A DNA stretch of 64,000 nucleotides, from positions 1,302,001-1,366,000 of the forward strand of contig OZ037770.1 of assembly GCA_964035545.1 (NCBI GenBank), read 5' to 3'. Shown here piece by piece: positions 46,601 to 61,600 of this stretch. The stretch's first letter is position 1, and the number at the start of each line of letters is the position of its first letter. A program made the translations under genes and the position numbers. The notes beneath the pieces are model-generated. The model was given only the letters and a program-made list of their open reading frames with translations. It searched no databases and had not been told where the DNA came from. The DNA is from Bugula neritina (Eukaryota; Animalia; Bryozoa).

Positions 46601-49600
46601 ACTTGGCTCGTCTCTCCTGTGTTGAAACTTGCACTAAGCAAACTAAGTGAAAAGAAGTATAGACCATATAGGATCCTGTTTTGGTACAGATAAAAGATTT
46701 GCAGATCTTCAGATATGGGTTTGCCAACTTTTCAAGAACTCAAGTTAACTCTGTTGCCTTTAGTAAAGAGCTTATAAAAACAGCTTCTGGCAAAAGTATT
46801 TCCCACATAAAGCTGTACATACTGCTTATTTGAGAGCCAAACTGTAGCTGATGTTTTCTTACAGATGAGAAAGAATCTGATTACATTGAGTAGATTAGGT
46901 TAGCATGTCACTTACCTTTTAGTATGATTGGTGGAGGCTGTACCAGCTCGGGATGTGGTGACAAACGGACTATCATTCTGATATCTTAGAGGTGTATGTG
47001 GTCTGGAGTCTATACAATATCCGTCAGTTGGAGGTGTGAGGGGTAGAGGTCGTCCCATCATCTGTTCGTTCTACAATGAAGACACTTAGGCTAGATGCAT
47101 AGTTTATGGTATGCTACTGGAAGGGAAGTCTACGTAATAACTAATTAACTTTTTCAAATTAATACCTGGAAGATAAACTATACTGCTAAAATAATATGCA
47201 GCCAAAGTAATAATTTAAGCCAGATATTTTAAGTAAATTATAATAAATTTACGTCACTATAACTGCTTTGACATATCAATTTATAGATGTTGACTCTTCT
47301 CATATAAAATAAAATTTGAATTGAAATCAAGCTGTAAAATGTTTACTAGGAATCTGCTTTTGAATGAAAATTGCAAAGAGGTTCAAAGATAGCAACTGCT
47401 GTCTAGATATGAGAGTGCCAGTTTTTTAGGCTCAGACATTTGCAGATGTTGTCTGAAAGTTGCATGTTGTCTGAACTAGGTATTGACTTTGATGTCTTAT
47501 TAAGATGATAGGTGATATCAAGGTATCTGGTAAGCCTCATCCTGGTTCTAGCTGATCTAGCACATATACTGTAGCTGACAAATAAGGTTGTAGCCCTTAA
47601 AACCTTTGTACCTTTGTGATTACCTAGTAGCCCCTGCGATGTAGTAGTTAGCATGCTGGCTGGAAAGTAGAAGGTCTGTGGTTCAATTCCCAGTACAATC
47701 AAATTTTTTTTACAGATTCCTTCAAAAACTACAGTTTGAAATACCTATAATGGTTTTTGATATTTGATATTTTTAAACTTGAGGGTTCAAGATGTACGGC
47801 TTGCTATAGTAGGTATCATAAATTTTATTCTCAAAAGGAAATTAGCACAATTAAATAGAACTCAGACTCTTAATCTTGCCTCTATTACTTTCACGTGCAG
47901 ATTAAAGCATTGCTACTTTAACTATCAGTGCCAAAGACAATAAACTCTAATCTGTTTGAAATATCCACTATTAATTCAATAAATTAGCAGTTAGATAGAA
48001 CTATGCCGTTAAGTGTTTGAATTGCCAGATAAACCGTCTTGATGTGGTCTTAAAAACCATAACTGCAGATAATCAGATGGCAATTCAACTTTAATTTTTA
48101 TTTTATTGCTTAAAGAATGGCAGTAGATGTTGGAAACCACCCATTAGTATTGTGAAACAGAGTGAAGGCAGAACTAGTATACTTTAAGCCATCAATGCTC
48201 TCTCTTCATCTAATATGAAGTGTCAAACCTTCTAGAATTGAACAGGAGACTTCCAACTTCCAAGCTAACAGCTAACTATGACACTATGAAGCTACTGGAA
48301 ACCACCACAATTACATAAGGGCTTGTAAAATTCCTTCACTACACTGTCTATCTAAAAAGCAGGTTTTTCCCAGTTTCTCCTGATTGCACTCATCTCATAA
48401 CAACAGAGTACAAAAATCCTAAAGAAAACTAAAACAATACACATTGACTCACACTGATAGCACATATGACTTTAAGAATAAGACCCAACTACTACATCTA
48501 CTAGCTGTGACTTATAGGATTAAAAGTAATGTAGTTAGACTTAGATAATGTTAGTAGGTCATACTAGCAGTTAAGTACCAATAAATATGATCCTATTTCT
48601 ATCAGGTAGTTAAACACAATGTACTGGAGCAGCTATAATAGTCTTTCAGTAGATCTAGCATGACACCAGTTTTGGGCTTGTTTCCAGGCTATTGGTATTG
48701 CTCCCGGGACCCAGTTTAGACTTCCAAACATGATGCAAAATTTTCACTCTCAGGGGTCAAGATTTGAACCCAGCTTTAGTTTGATATAATGTAGCAAGCA
48801 TTGTACGTTGCTGGCAAGTTTTGCACTGCTTTACTAGCTACCATGAAGCAAAGCACCCGAATCATATTAATCATAAATTATATATCCTTATTTTACAAAA
48901 ATAACTTTAATAATGTCTTTAATTAGTGCAGCTTCTACAACTTGCAGTTATGAAGAGAACACTCCTACATAATCTCCACCTACATCAACCACTCAGAAGT
49001 GAAATTATAAAAGCTAAATTTCCATAGCTCATTAGCCTCTGATTTGATAGCCATCTTTGGCGACAGCAAAGTTTTACTTACGTCAGCTTAAAATTAGATT
49101 TTATTTGCCCTATAAATACCAGTTTCAAATAGCTTAAAATAATTAAACAAGTTATATGAGCTACGGGTTTTGTTCATTGCTAAAATTAACGGAATTGAAA
49201 GAGTGTTAAAGTCAAACCACTTTAGGTTTCACCCCAAGTCTGCCAGTAAGCGTGTTCTATTCAGTTCTTTATTCACTTTCAACAGCCTCCAAAGTTATTT
49301 CAAGTCATAAAATTTCATAAAAATCTAATTCGATTTTAGTAAATAAGCTTGGTGTTAAATCTTAAAAGAAATGTCGTTGATAGAGTTGATTCGGTACTCA
49401 AAACCCAACCCAGAATTCTCACTTGAACAGAGACTGCATAATGTATGCAGATTATGTGGATAATTGGAAGATAAACAGAACTCTACAGCTGGCTCAGCCT
49501 ACATAACTAGTAACTATCAAGGACAACCTGTGAAACCTAGTTCCTTATACATCCAGTCTGTCACCATTTGTTGGCAGACAAGGCAAACATCCACCCAACT

Positions 49601-52600
49601 TTATATCTCCGCCTTATTTTCCAGCTGAGGAGCTGTGATTAATTTTGGAAACGTTGTTTATGATGCAACGGTGTTAACATAAAGGTATCAGTTTACCAGA
49701 GATGCGTATGAATAATCATGAATAATGAGAATAAACTGTTTGTATTGGAGGTAATCTGACTTAAAGTAAATACATCGACTGGGAGAATGCTAATCCACAG
49801 TATATAATGCAGTGAACTTGCTACTTAAAGCCCAGACAGTATATTAGCAAGCACTTTGTGTTACTACTCCCAGACAAACTGGATGTAGACATGCCTGGTA
49901 TACTTTTTGGTAGAAATTGACCTACAATGGTGAATAATTTGAGACAACTAGCCAATCTTTAACCACAACTTTGATTAGTCGAAAAAAATCTACACTGAAG
50001 GTTTGGCCAGTTCTGAAGGCAAACCAAATTCATATGCAAATGTGTCATATAATTACAGTTTAATACGCTTAAGGCTGGTTATTCAATTTCTAGAAACTAC
50101 GCAAAATCAGATTTAGCTGAGTCAAGCTTAGTAATTACATGAATATACAAATCTAATTAGGCAACATCAACAATACTAGCTTTCGGTACTGTAAATATAA
50201 GCAGCTGGTATCTCAGATTAAGGCAGCATTCTGTTAGAGAGAAGGACTTCAAAGCAATGTGATTTACAGAACATATGTTTAATCAATTCACTAGATTCAA
50301 CACAAAACATTTAATTACACAAGATATGTCTTATAATTATGACTCGCATGCAGTAAAACTCTGTGTTATAGAGTATAACTGGTTAATAAGACAACTGAAA
50401 CCCTTTACTTTAAACTTCTAAACGTAACCTATACTGAAGCAAAGTTGTCACAACTCTTGTTTATGGTTTAACTTGACACTCTAATTTACCTATTTATTTA
50501 AATGTAAATTATTTTTATTGGCAGTTTAAAAGAAATCCTTAAAACAGATGAAAACAATGGAAGATGTTTGCTATTGTATCATATTTGTTCGTCTCCGAGC
50601 AGAAAAGTTAAAAGAGTAGTCATTATTATTGATATGATTTGTCAAATATCATTGATTCTGCATGAAGCGATATATAATCTAACGTAAATTTAATTTCCTT
50701 TATTTCTAAAAAGTTGAAAGGAAACGCTTTAATTTAGAAAATTATTCTCTTGTGAATAAATCAATAAACTAAAGCTACAACGACATCTAGCCTTGCCTTA
50801 GGTAAAATATATATGGTGGTTGTTTCTAAGTGTAAACTAATATTTATGATAACAATTTAAAATAGTATTTTTTAAATTTCAAACACAGCAAACAATAGCT
50901 GTGTGGAAATGTCCTTCACTGCCTAATGGCAAATCGCAAAATAAAACTTACTTAAACAATAACACACCTTATGTTTTGCTATGCCAAAAGTGTTACAGTT
51001 CATTTCTTATAATGCAGAATAATTTCAAGCACAAATTTGAAAAAATCAAAATCATGAAAAGTAGCTCCTTTTTAAAGCCCACAAGCCCTATTTGAAATCC
51101 CAATTGAGTTACGTAACAGTTAAAGGGTAGGTATAAAATTAATTGAATTCAATGTTACCCAAACTCAGACAAAGGAAACCTTAGCAACACCACAAAAGAA
51201 GTTTATATTTTCTAAGACTAATGTATGTGTAAATTTAGAAAGGAAAACCTCAAGAAACTGTCTAAACCACAGTAGTATGCAGGTAATTCTTTCACCAGCT
51301 AAAAGCTTACCTGCAGCCTATGACAAGGTGACATACAGTTTCCTCTGCTTAAAAACAAAGACTGTTCTGTAGAGACTGTTTGCTTAGCTGACTGATTAAT
51401 GTGACTGTTTACATTGAATGGGTAAATAGAAGATGGAGATATAGTCCTTTGCCTGTTTCCTTTACAACTATCCAGAGGCCTAGCACGCTCTCCGCTTGAC
51501 AAGCTGTCTCTGTGCAAACCCTCCTCGTGGTGGTACCCTTCGTTGTCGTGACTCAAGCAGTGATACTGCTGGTCCAAATGTCTTGCTGCGTGACAATTTT
51601 CCAAACTTCTCTGCAGGAACATGTTGTCGTCTGAACTGGCATAACTTGAACTTGAAGTGCTGCCTGAACTGCAGCTTGATATGCGCCTGCTGTTAAAGTC
51701 CATAGTCTTTCCTGTATACGCAAAGGGTGGACGCAGTCTCCCCTCCATCTCTCTTGTACTCGAGTTATTAGACTAATTTAATAGTTTAGAGGTTGTTACG
51801 TTAAAATACTGTAGCAATTAGCAGTCTCCTTTCATCAGATGTCAATATTTGAAAGGTCGATTTAGCAACACTGAGCTAACATTGAAGCTCCTTGTTCAAA
51901 TACTTAATAAACAAAAGCTTGCTATGCAGACGTCTGCAATTGTAGCATTTATAGCTAAAATATTGTATTAAAGAGTTTAAGTCCTTTAGTCAAATAAACT
52001 GTTTTTATGACGACTAAATTAAATATGAATCGCAAGATTGTGTGATAGATAAAAAAAGTTATCGTTACTTTTGAGCAGACTGAACTCTCTTCGAGATTGT
52101 TCAACACACAATCTTTAAAAATATAACTGTAGAACTGTGTATTTACTAGCACTGTCTAGTTATGAATAGCTATTCGTCCGTACGTAGGGAGCCTCTGTTT
52201 GGAATGATGAGTCGCAGCACTAAGAGCTATCAATCAAACTGATGAAAGCTCCGCCCATTTACTTATTCATTTAAACTTAACACCACGTCTAAGAGGCACG
52301 CCTGAATGATATGCCAAGTGCCTCTTTACAAATATTTATGTATCGTTTTTATTCAAACCCTTTCAAAGATTTTATTGTTTAATAGGCTGAAAGTATTTGT
52401 GAAATGTATTTGCCAGATTAACGTGAGATGTATTAAGATTTCAGTCTGTAACTGTGACACTCCAAAACTATTTGCATTGAATTAAAGAGCATTGTTACAG
52501 TCTTCTATGACATAGAAATTATTTCATAAGCTATTGCACAAAGTGTCAAGTCAAAGATGCAATCCTACCATCTTATTTACGGATAAGTCTTTTGCATTAC

Positions 52601-55600
52601 AAACTTGAATAGAAATTTAGAAAGACAAAGTCACTCAACCTCAACTATTGGAATTTAGTTGCAAAGTGACAATGAAATATCTCTGATAAAAAGATGTAAA
52701 AACTAAGACCGAATCAATAATAATATTTTTATATATTTCACTTCATCCACTCAGCAAATTTATCAAAACTACTTTACTTTTAATACTCTTTAGCCAATAT
52801 CATATTTTTGAACAGGCAACCTATTAGTTATAGCTATAGAAATGCTCTTTTAACAAAATCAAGAAAACTGGTAGAATTTAATAACATTAAGTTATTGTAC
52901 CTAAGATGTTTTAGACTAAAACCTTTGGCACTAAAAGTCAATAGCAGAATCAGTGTTTTTTTGGAGTACCAGCTCAATTACTTCGTATCACGATGTACCC
53001 AAATAGTTTGCTAACTTTTGTACTCAGCACTGAAAAGGTGACATTGACCTGAAAAATTTAGAAATGAGACGAGAATAATTACATAAAAATATTCTCAACA
53101 TGATCTTCAGTGTGACATGCATTAGAAATAGTAATGATTATACACTGTTGCCATGGCGATAAGAAGTGTTTAGGCTTTTTGTGGTTGAGAACAATGCTTT
53201 GCCATCTGAGAAAGAATTTCCATGGCTGCATTATGTAAATTGTATACCTTAAAACTCATAAGGTCTTTTAAACCAAAGAGATGGTTACAGGGCGAAAATT
53301 GAGATGAAAAACATTTCTATGCTTCATTATTTTGAAAAAAGTTGTGCGTTTTGCTAAAGCCTAAATTTTCACCGAACTTCTTTATCTGAACATTGTGTCA
53401 TTGTTGAAGAATAAATAAATTCTAAAAAAAGCAGTTAATTGAAGAAAACTTTGCACAGGATAGCAGATTTTTCAACAATGTGGCAGTATAAAGCCTTTGT
53501 TTCATAAACTCAAACTACACGAGTTAAAAACATGCAAAAGAAAAATGAATTCCTCTCCTATTGTACACGAAAAATTTAAGCTAACAAATATAGAAATGAG
53601 TAATGTATGTTATAAACAAGTTTTTCACTTTTTACTTAATTTGAGGTATTTACTTGCATAAATAAACTGTTCATAGCATTATTGAGTAAAACTAAATCTT
53701 CTCGACACGCATTCATGTTTATACTCAAACTACATCATGTATGAAGATGTTAGATGGTTATAACCAGTAACTTATTTACATTTCAAAAGCAATTTTCTTG
53801 TATAGTGGCAAAACCAGAGTACATTCTTTAGACAGGAAAAGTGCTTTAGTATGCCAATAATTTAGAATACGTAATACGAATGAGTCAGAATATAATTGCA
53901 TAATTCTCTTTAAGCAAAGGAGTCAATGGAAATGAGCTTATTTCCTAATGTCAGTTGACTTGAATAGAATCAAATTGATTAAAGTAAAGATATTGCTATT
54001 AATACTCAACTGCAATCCATACATTGAGTTATGCAATACAACCTTGCTTTATTGCATTTATTTACATTTATTCTACTAATACTACTATACTGGTTTCTTT
54101 TTATATGTCAATATTTTGCTTTCATCTTAGTATTACCATGAAGTTTCTTTTTAAATTTCTTTTCCTTTCTATTTTTATACACATTTCATGTAAAAAGGCT
54201 TCATTTTTTTCCATTAGAAAATATTTATTTAATCAAATCCTTTTCATTTAGGAGCAGTTGTGGAGAAATTGAGATAGCCTAAATTCTTTAATTTTATTAT
54301 TAAACTTTGATTTGGGGCGAGGGTTGCAATTATTGCGAGAGCATAACTTCTTATGCTACATTTTTAATCTACAACATGCTTTTCTTAATGTCTCCATTAC
54401 TGCACCTATGTCTCATCTTTTTTCAATCACTTTGAATATTCAATTTCTTATCAGCATGGCTCACTCACCTCTAAACTGTACACGCTCACTCCACTTGACC
54501 CACAGCTGTAAGGACTCTGCATTCCAGAATCTGCCCTCTCAGTGTAATAATTAGAGGAGTGAGTTTTATGACTCTTGCATCCAAGAGTGCTCGCTTTGAC
54601 ATAGTTATCTGAGTAGAAAGACATGGTGTCAGTGTTATTATTGTTAGTGCCAGGCTTATCAATGTCAATGTAGTTTTGGTGTGCCTCACTCTTTCCCAAA
54701 TCGTTTTGATTTGGTGCAGTGTCAGAAAAAGCTACAGGAGGAGGAAGTGCAGAAGGTTGATGAGTCATGGTTTGATGACCTTGAGGTAGTGCTGTGTAAA
54801 TACTGTCGGGCAGGTCAGGGGTCCCGGATGACTCATCGTTTATGTAAGCTAAATTGTCATTGGCAGTAGCTGAAGTTATCACAACTCTGGGGGACTGTAG
54901 AGCTTTTTGAACAGTAGCATACGTCTCGACAGATAGCGACCTTCTTAGATTAGCATTTCCTGATTTTCTATGCAAAGAGCTTTGATCTACTGTTTGTACG
55001 GATTTTCTGCGAGCTGATTGGTTGGGTTGTTTGATTGGTTGCTGAGACTTCGGAGTGTGGAGTCTGTCTCTCTCGTTAACTGATAGGAGAGCTTTACTAA
55101 ATGATTCAGCATTTTTTCCTCGGTTAGAATCTAGTTTCACCTGGAATGATCAAAATAGCATTTATACAGCTTTACAGTCAAAAAACAATAAATTTATTTT
55201 CACCAAATTTATAAAACTTGACTGAAAGTAATAACAAAAATTTTGATAAATTCATCATAGAACTAAAACCAAACATTGTTATAGGTTGACATTTTTCCTA
55301 CACATGTATAAATAATTACAAACCATATAAATACTAAAACTTAGCTAGCTAAAACTCAGAAATGGAAAATTAAATTTGCAAAAAGAAACATTCATTTTAA
55401 TAATACTATGTATAATATTAAATTAAATTGATACTTTAAACAACAACAGAATGATTCACTGAAGAGTTATTTTTCCTTGTTCTCAAGCCCAGCTGGGTGT
55501 GATATACAGAAATGTGAATCAAATTAAAACTTTCACCTGAGTGGATACAATGTGTTTTAGCATTTTATTTCCTGTCGATGAATTGGGATCTCGTGGTAAT

Positions 55601-58600
55601 CCCGGACTTCCAGGAGAATTTGGTTTCTTTTCTTTACAAATATCAACCCTGTAATCGAAACAATACATATACTTCAATCAAAGTACATTTGTGGACTGTT
55701 TATCTTAAATAAAAATGTGTATATGCAGGTCACCACTGACAATAATTATTTTTTTAACGCTGCAACTTTAAAAAACATGCTTTTACTAAACTTTAACATA
55801 TGAATATTTCGAAGATTTTGAATTTTTAATTTCTTGAACTGAAAAATGTAATCTAAACTGAAAAGTTTAGACTTTAGTCAAAGTTCTATTCTCAGTTACT
55901 TTTAATAAAATTAATTCATGTAATCAAAACCATTAGGTTTAGCAAATGTAAGTTGAATTAATCTATTATTTTCATTCAACATCAAAAAAGCTTTCAATAT
56001 AGAAATCATGCAATTTCTAACATACATATAGTAAAACAACTCGATTGCTTATTCTATTTCTATACACCTAAAATAATAGCTCCCCTCTAAAACTATACTT
56101 ACTGTTTTATACTAGGAGTTGTGTACTCATTCGGTGAAGTTGGATCTGGAAACTTTAATGAAGGAGATCTGTTGATTCCCTCTTTTTCTCTTTTCACTTT
56201 ACAGCTTTCTGTCCTCTTGGGTTTGTTATCTCCTGCTACTGAGTTGCTAGCAGTTGGAGTTGTGCTACCTTGACTGTTGGCTACACTAAACGCATTTATT
56301 ATGTTCTCATTCAGCTCATCTACCTGCAGCGAAGAAATTAGGGCTATTAGTTTCAAACTTTAAATAATACATTAATATGCTATGCTTGTTTACTGCTAAC
56401 ATAAACTTATTGTAGTATATATTGTAGTAACATACTTTTTTGAAAAATTCTAGTGCCGTATCTTTTATATAAAGGCAATATTTGAACTTTTAACTATGGT
56501 AGCTGCTACAATTATTTCCACTGCTGCAAGTGTAATAAAAATGCTTGTATCAATATTATTCTAAAACTGCAACATAGTTTAAAATTGTTTTCTTTTAATA
56601 AATATTTTATTAATAAATAAAACATTTCTGGTTTACAGAGGGGCAAGCATCTGATTAGGTGAAGATTGCCATGCAAACTGTGATTATACCGTGTAATCAA
56701 AACTCTTCTATGAGATATACTGGTATATATATTTTACAAGAGAGTATAACTTCAAAAGATTTTTAGCACTAACTCTATTTAGCTGTAGATATACTACCAT
56801 CTCCAGCACAATTATTGTGTTTTCTTGCCATAGCTGCATGAACTGAACACACAGACGTAGGTAGTTCATTCAAGTTAATAATTTGTGCACATCCTGTGCA
56901 TTTGTTAGAATGTCTGATTAAAAATCAATTACTTTCTGAAGAATCATTCGGTGAATATTTGGAACGCAAAACAACATCTATTGACAAGATAATTTTCATT
57001 TTCTGTATGAAAATTATGACTTTCTGTTGGAAAAGAGATATTAACATAACACAGCTTATAATGTCTTTCTTGTATTATAATGAAATTAAATTTTATAGTT
57101 TATAATGACATATTAGGATAATATTCCAAATTGAAGCTTTGACTGATAACTTTGGAGTTATCATTCTTTCCAATTTGCTTAATTTAATATATAATTATTG
57201 CAATTTCATCCGCACTTTCAAAAAATTACCAACATTAAATGTAGTAAAACTCAAATAATTGGGTTGTATACAAAGAACCCTATCTATCACTATATCATGC
57301 TATATCATGATACAATATGATGTACGATATAACAAAGAGCCGTATATATCAGATGATATCATACTGTAGTCAAGTCAAATAATGTGATTCTCTTCACAAC
57401 TAAATACCTAATGACTACCAACATCTTTAGCTTCTAAATTTAGTATGCTCATGGCATTGAAGGAGTTTAATGTGCTCTAACCTCCATGAGAGATTTAAGA
57501 TATCAGCTGTTCATTTATCAAGGTTGCAGCTGCTGAAAGTTGAAACTGTAATTATTTTGAGTGATAGAGTTTATTTCTGTTATTTATTACAGATGATATT
57601 ATTTTATCTTTCGTAAATAATAGCCACACCCTCGCAATAAATCTTTTAAAAGAAATAAAATGAAATGGATCTATTTTGAGAAAATTTTAGAAAATTAATA
57701 TCTTATAAGCAAAACATCTGAGTTTAAATTAGGTTCGTAATAATGTATTTATTAACATGCTATTAGTTTTTTTAAATTACTAACCACAAAAATCAGAATG
57801 TCTTTAAAAAGCCTATTATAATTTCTTTGAGATATCAAGGTTCTTTTGATAAATCAAGGACTATTCATAATACAGTGACACAAAACTTCTTAAAACCAGA
57901 TGCTTTTTCAGACATTAATATAGACCTGGGTATTTTTAGCCCAGTGCTCTCAACACTAGACCATGACTTTTCCTTGAGCGACAGCTTTACAAATATGACC
58001 AGTTATCAATTTGCAAGATGCATTCCTAAATGATTATAAGAATTAAATGTTTTTAAGCAAGCATCCTGTTGTACGGCTATATAGGCATTTCCTGTCAGTG
58101 TGTATTACGAGGTAGTAACTGAAGTTACTTAACATAAATAAGTATGGGAAAGCTATGGTGATGTTGGTGTGTATATGAGAGAGTAAATTCAAATGTATAA
58201 GTGCATGTAACTTAGCAACGGAGCAAGTTTGTTGCTTTCCGGTGTAATTCTAGATTTTGTTTCCATGTTGAAGGAAATAGGCAAATGACCAACCTGATTT
58301 TGTGTCTAAGAATGAAGATCTTAATAATCCACAAAACACCTGGTGCTTTAGAAATTTATCACCAAGACATAAACAAAAATAATTCGTTTATAATGCTAAA
58401 ATGATTTGTGCCGCACATGGTGCAAAATTTGTAATTGCATAATGATCTGAGCTAGGTATAGGTATAGTTTTGTTTCAGACTATGAACGCTGCAGAAAGCT
58501 TTCTGAGGCACATGAAAAAGGTCCATATGCTAAAACCTCTGTCAAACTTGAAAATATGTACAGGTGGCTTACTCTACCACTCATCTCTATGTTAAATCTC

Positions 58601-61600
58601 AATGCATAAATATAACAAGTTAGGTAAAACTAACACCGTAATAACTGCTCAATTGACTAGTTTTTATAGTTGTCAGTTATTTGTTACTAGTTACTAGTTG
58701 CTAGTTGCTATAGCATGCAGTTGGTAGTTACTAGCCAGTAGTTGCCAGTTGCTAATTGCTTGGTGAAATTGCTGATTGCTACTTGTCATTTGCTAGTTGC
58801 TTGGTGAAATTGCTGATTGCTACTTGTCAGTTGCTAGTTGCTAGTTTACGGTTCTCTTAGAGTCACAAGTAGCTCAGAGAAACTAGAAAAGAATGCAGAT
58901 GTCAGTTACTCAATGGCCATCCCATCTTCTTTGTATCCAACGCTATTGGCTATTGTTCCCATTTGTCACAGTTTATGGGTTTACTTAATTAAAACTATAA
59001 TTAGATGTATTGATAAGCTTCCTATACTTCACAGAATGACAAAGAATGGGCTACGCTGTCATACAAGTAACACAATGAGGGTATGTAAAATCAGGGTGCA
59101 TATTGTACAATAATATAAAAAACCAGAGAGCACTTATCTAATACATCAAAGTGGATAGTAAATGTGGACCTATTAGTTCCACCTTTTTTTATTGAAACGG
59201 ACTTCCTAGAAGTTAATATACTATAAAACAAAAAAAGACAAATTAGAATTATTATGTTTGAAGGTAAAAAACTGGAGAACCAGTGGATGAGTAAAAATGT
59301 CTAGTGGAAAGATTTTAGACTAGATATTAAGACTCCTGTTAAGTGCTTGTTCAGTTGAGGAACATAAAACACGTTTCAATTTGAAATTCATGCTTACAAA
59401 CAACTGCATTTCCTGACAAACAAAACATTTCTAGCCAACATACAAATATTGTGATCAGCACAAAATGTATAACAGCTATTTGCAACTGAAAGTTTTTCAC
59501 GTTTCAAAAATGCAAACAAATGCGAATTATAGACATACAGCAAGCAACTTCTTTGCCCTTTAGGAATGTAACTGTTTAGATAACTGTGGTAAAGTAGCTG
59601 ACAAGGTAATAGAGCTCCTGATAATCTAAACCAAACAACTAATTTGAATTCACTGTCTAATCCACACATACCTCTGCTACCTTAATCCTAAACAATGTTA
59701 ATGTGTTTCTGGAAAATCAATTTCTTTTAAGAGTTGAAATCTATTTGAGACTCTAGAAAGTTGATTTAAAGTCCCATTATCTTGATTTAAGAGATGACAG
59801 CGCTTTAAATTGTCTGCCGAGCTGCACAAGTCAAGTGTAACATCTTATATACAGGCAGCTGTGGCCTAGCTAATGCCAGAACTTGCAGGCAGTTGCTGAT
59901 GTTCACAATATGACAGCTATTATAGACGTTTAGTTATAATATGGCCGAACCGAGAAGGCTTTTTACATAGATAAATAATTAATGCTTATCATGTATATTA
60001 TTTGTTACTATAACACACTACATTACACTATAACACACTACATTACATTATGCTACACTACACTACACTGCACTGCACTGCACTACACTGCATTACACTA
60101 CACTGCATTACACTACACTGCACTACATTACACTACACTACACTGAACTACACTACATTCCACTACACTATACACTACACTACATTACACTGTACTACAT
60201 TACACTACACTACACAGCACTACACTACACTGCACTACACTACACTACACTGCACTACATTAAACTGCACTACATTACACTATGCTACACTACACTACAC
60301 TACACTGCACTACACTACACTGCACTACATTGCACTGCACTACACTACACTACATTGCACCACACTACATTACTAAGTATTTTAAAGTGCTTTTACAAAT
60401 TTGAGGCCTAATAAATGTTGGTAATAAATTTTCCTTGCATGTGCAAACAAATACTCTTTGCTGCTTCTATTTTTAATTTTGCTGCTGTAAGTATGCTGTC
60501 GGTGGTTTAAAATACCATCCCAGACTAGGAAATCTTTTCAGACTTCAAATATACTTACATTAAAAAACTTCAAATACATCAACATGACATTTAAATGGCT
60601 ATTAAAAATTGCCCCATAGTAAAAACAACTTCTGTTTTCCGTTTAAAAATGTTATATGGTAAACAAGAAAAACTACAGAAAAGTATTATACAAAAGAAAA
60701 AGGCTCTGGTATTAATGTTCATCTCAAAAAAGTCAAGCCTCAGTTTCCCAAAAGCTAATTCAGAAATTGAAACTTAAGCTAAGCAACAACTTATGTCTCC
60801 CAATTTAAAAGAAATATACATCTATAGATTTTGGGAAATATTTTGGCCAACAAAAAATACTTAAAAAGTTTCATCGCTTTTGTTTTAAAAAACATTGTCA
60901 TTGTTCTTTTAAAAGTTTTTCCTAGGAAGAACAGTTTATTAAAACTATAGCCCTACAAACTTACGTATTCTGACGTGCAAGCTCTGAGTCTACTAGCCCT
61001 AAGGCTTTCCTTCCGAGAAAAATTGTTGGCACTCATTTCAGAAGATTTGTGAAGCAACATGTTATACAAAACATGGCTCTCAATTCAGAACTGGATGTTT
61101 GCCAAAAATGTAAAACAATGAGGATGGCCAAAAATCTTTTAGAAACGCTTCTTTAAACGTAAAATCTGGTTATTTTACTAGAATGAAGTCAAATTTGCTA
61201 CGTAGCTGATGCCGTGTTAATAAATGATGAATTTTCTATTCATCTACCTTAATAGGATGACTGAATGAATGACAAAAGTTGCTTCATTTGTGGCCACATT
61301 CCTAGACTAATGTAAAGGTTTCTCCTAGAATGCCATAGCTACCAAATTATCTCAGCTTTTCTGACTAGTGGGAAAGATGCAAACTGCTTTTATAAAACTA
61401 TGTAATTAGCAAAGCTATTCAAACAATAAGAATACAGAACTTAACGTTAGTAACTGAAAACAGGTTTCACCATACTAAAATTCTGCGTGCTGCTATAATG
61501 GCTTTATTGAAATGTTTGTTCAAAGCATCAACTTTAATTAAAAAATTTTAGTTCAACTTTGAAATAGCGAAAGTTATAAAAAACATGGTGACATATTATG

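Noticed and set aside
50400-51128. Possible piggyBac-like MITE (ACCCTTTA...TAAAGGGT)
   Set aside because: Only about 8 bp of inverted match and no intact TTAA TSD
52945-53575. Possible DNA-transposon remnant containing an X-box-like GTTGCCATGGCGAT
   Set aside because: Terminal repeats too weak and no clear second copy in the window; the motif alone is not enough
60050-60376. 108-aa HYTTL-repeat ORF
   Set aside because: Translation of an (ACACT)n microsatellite
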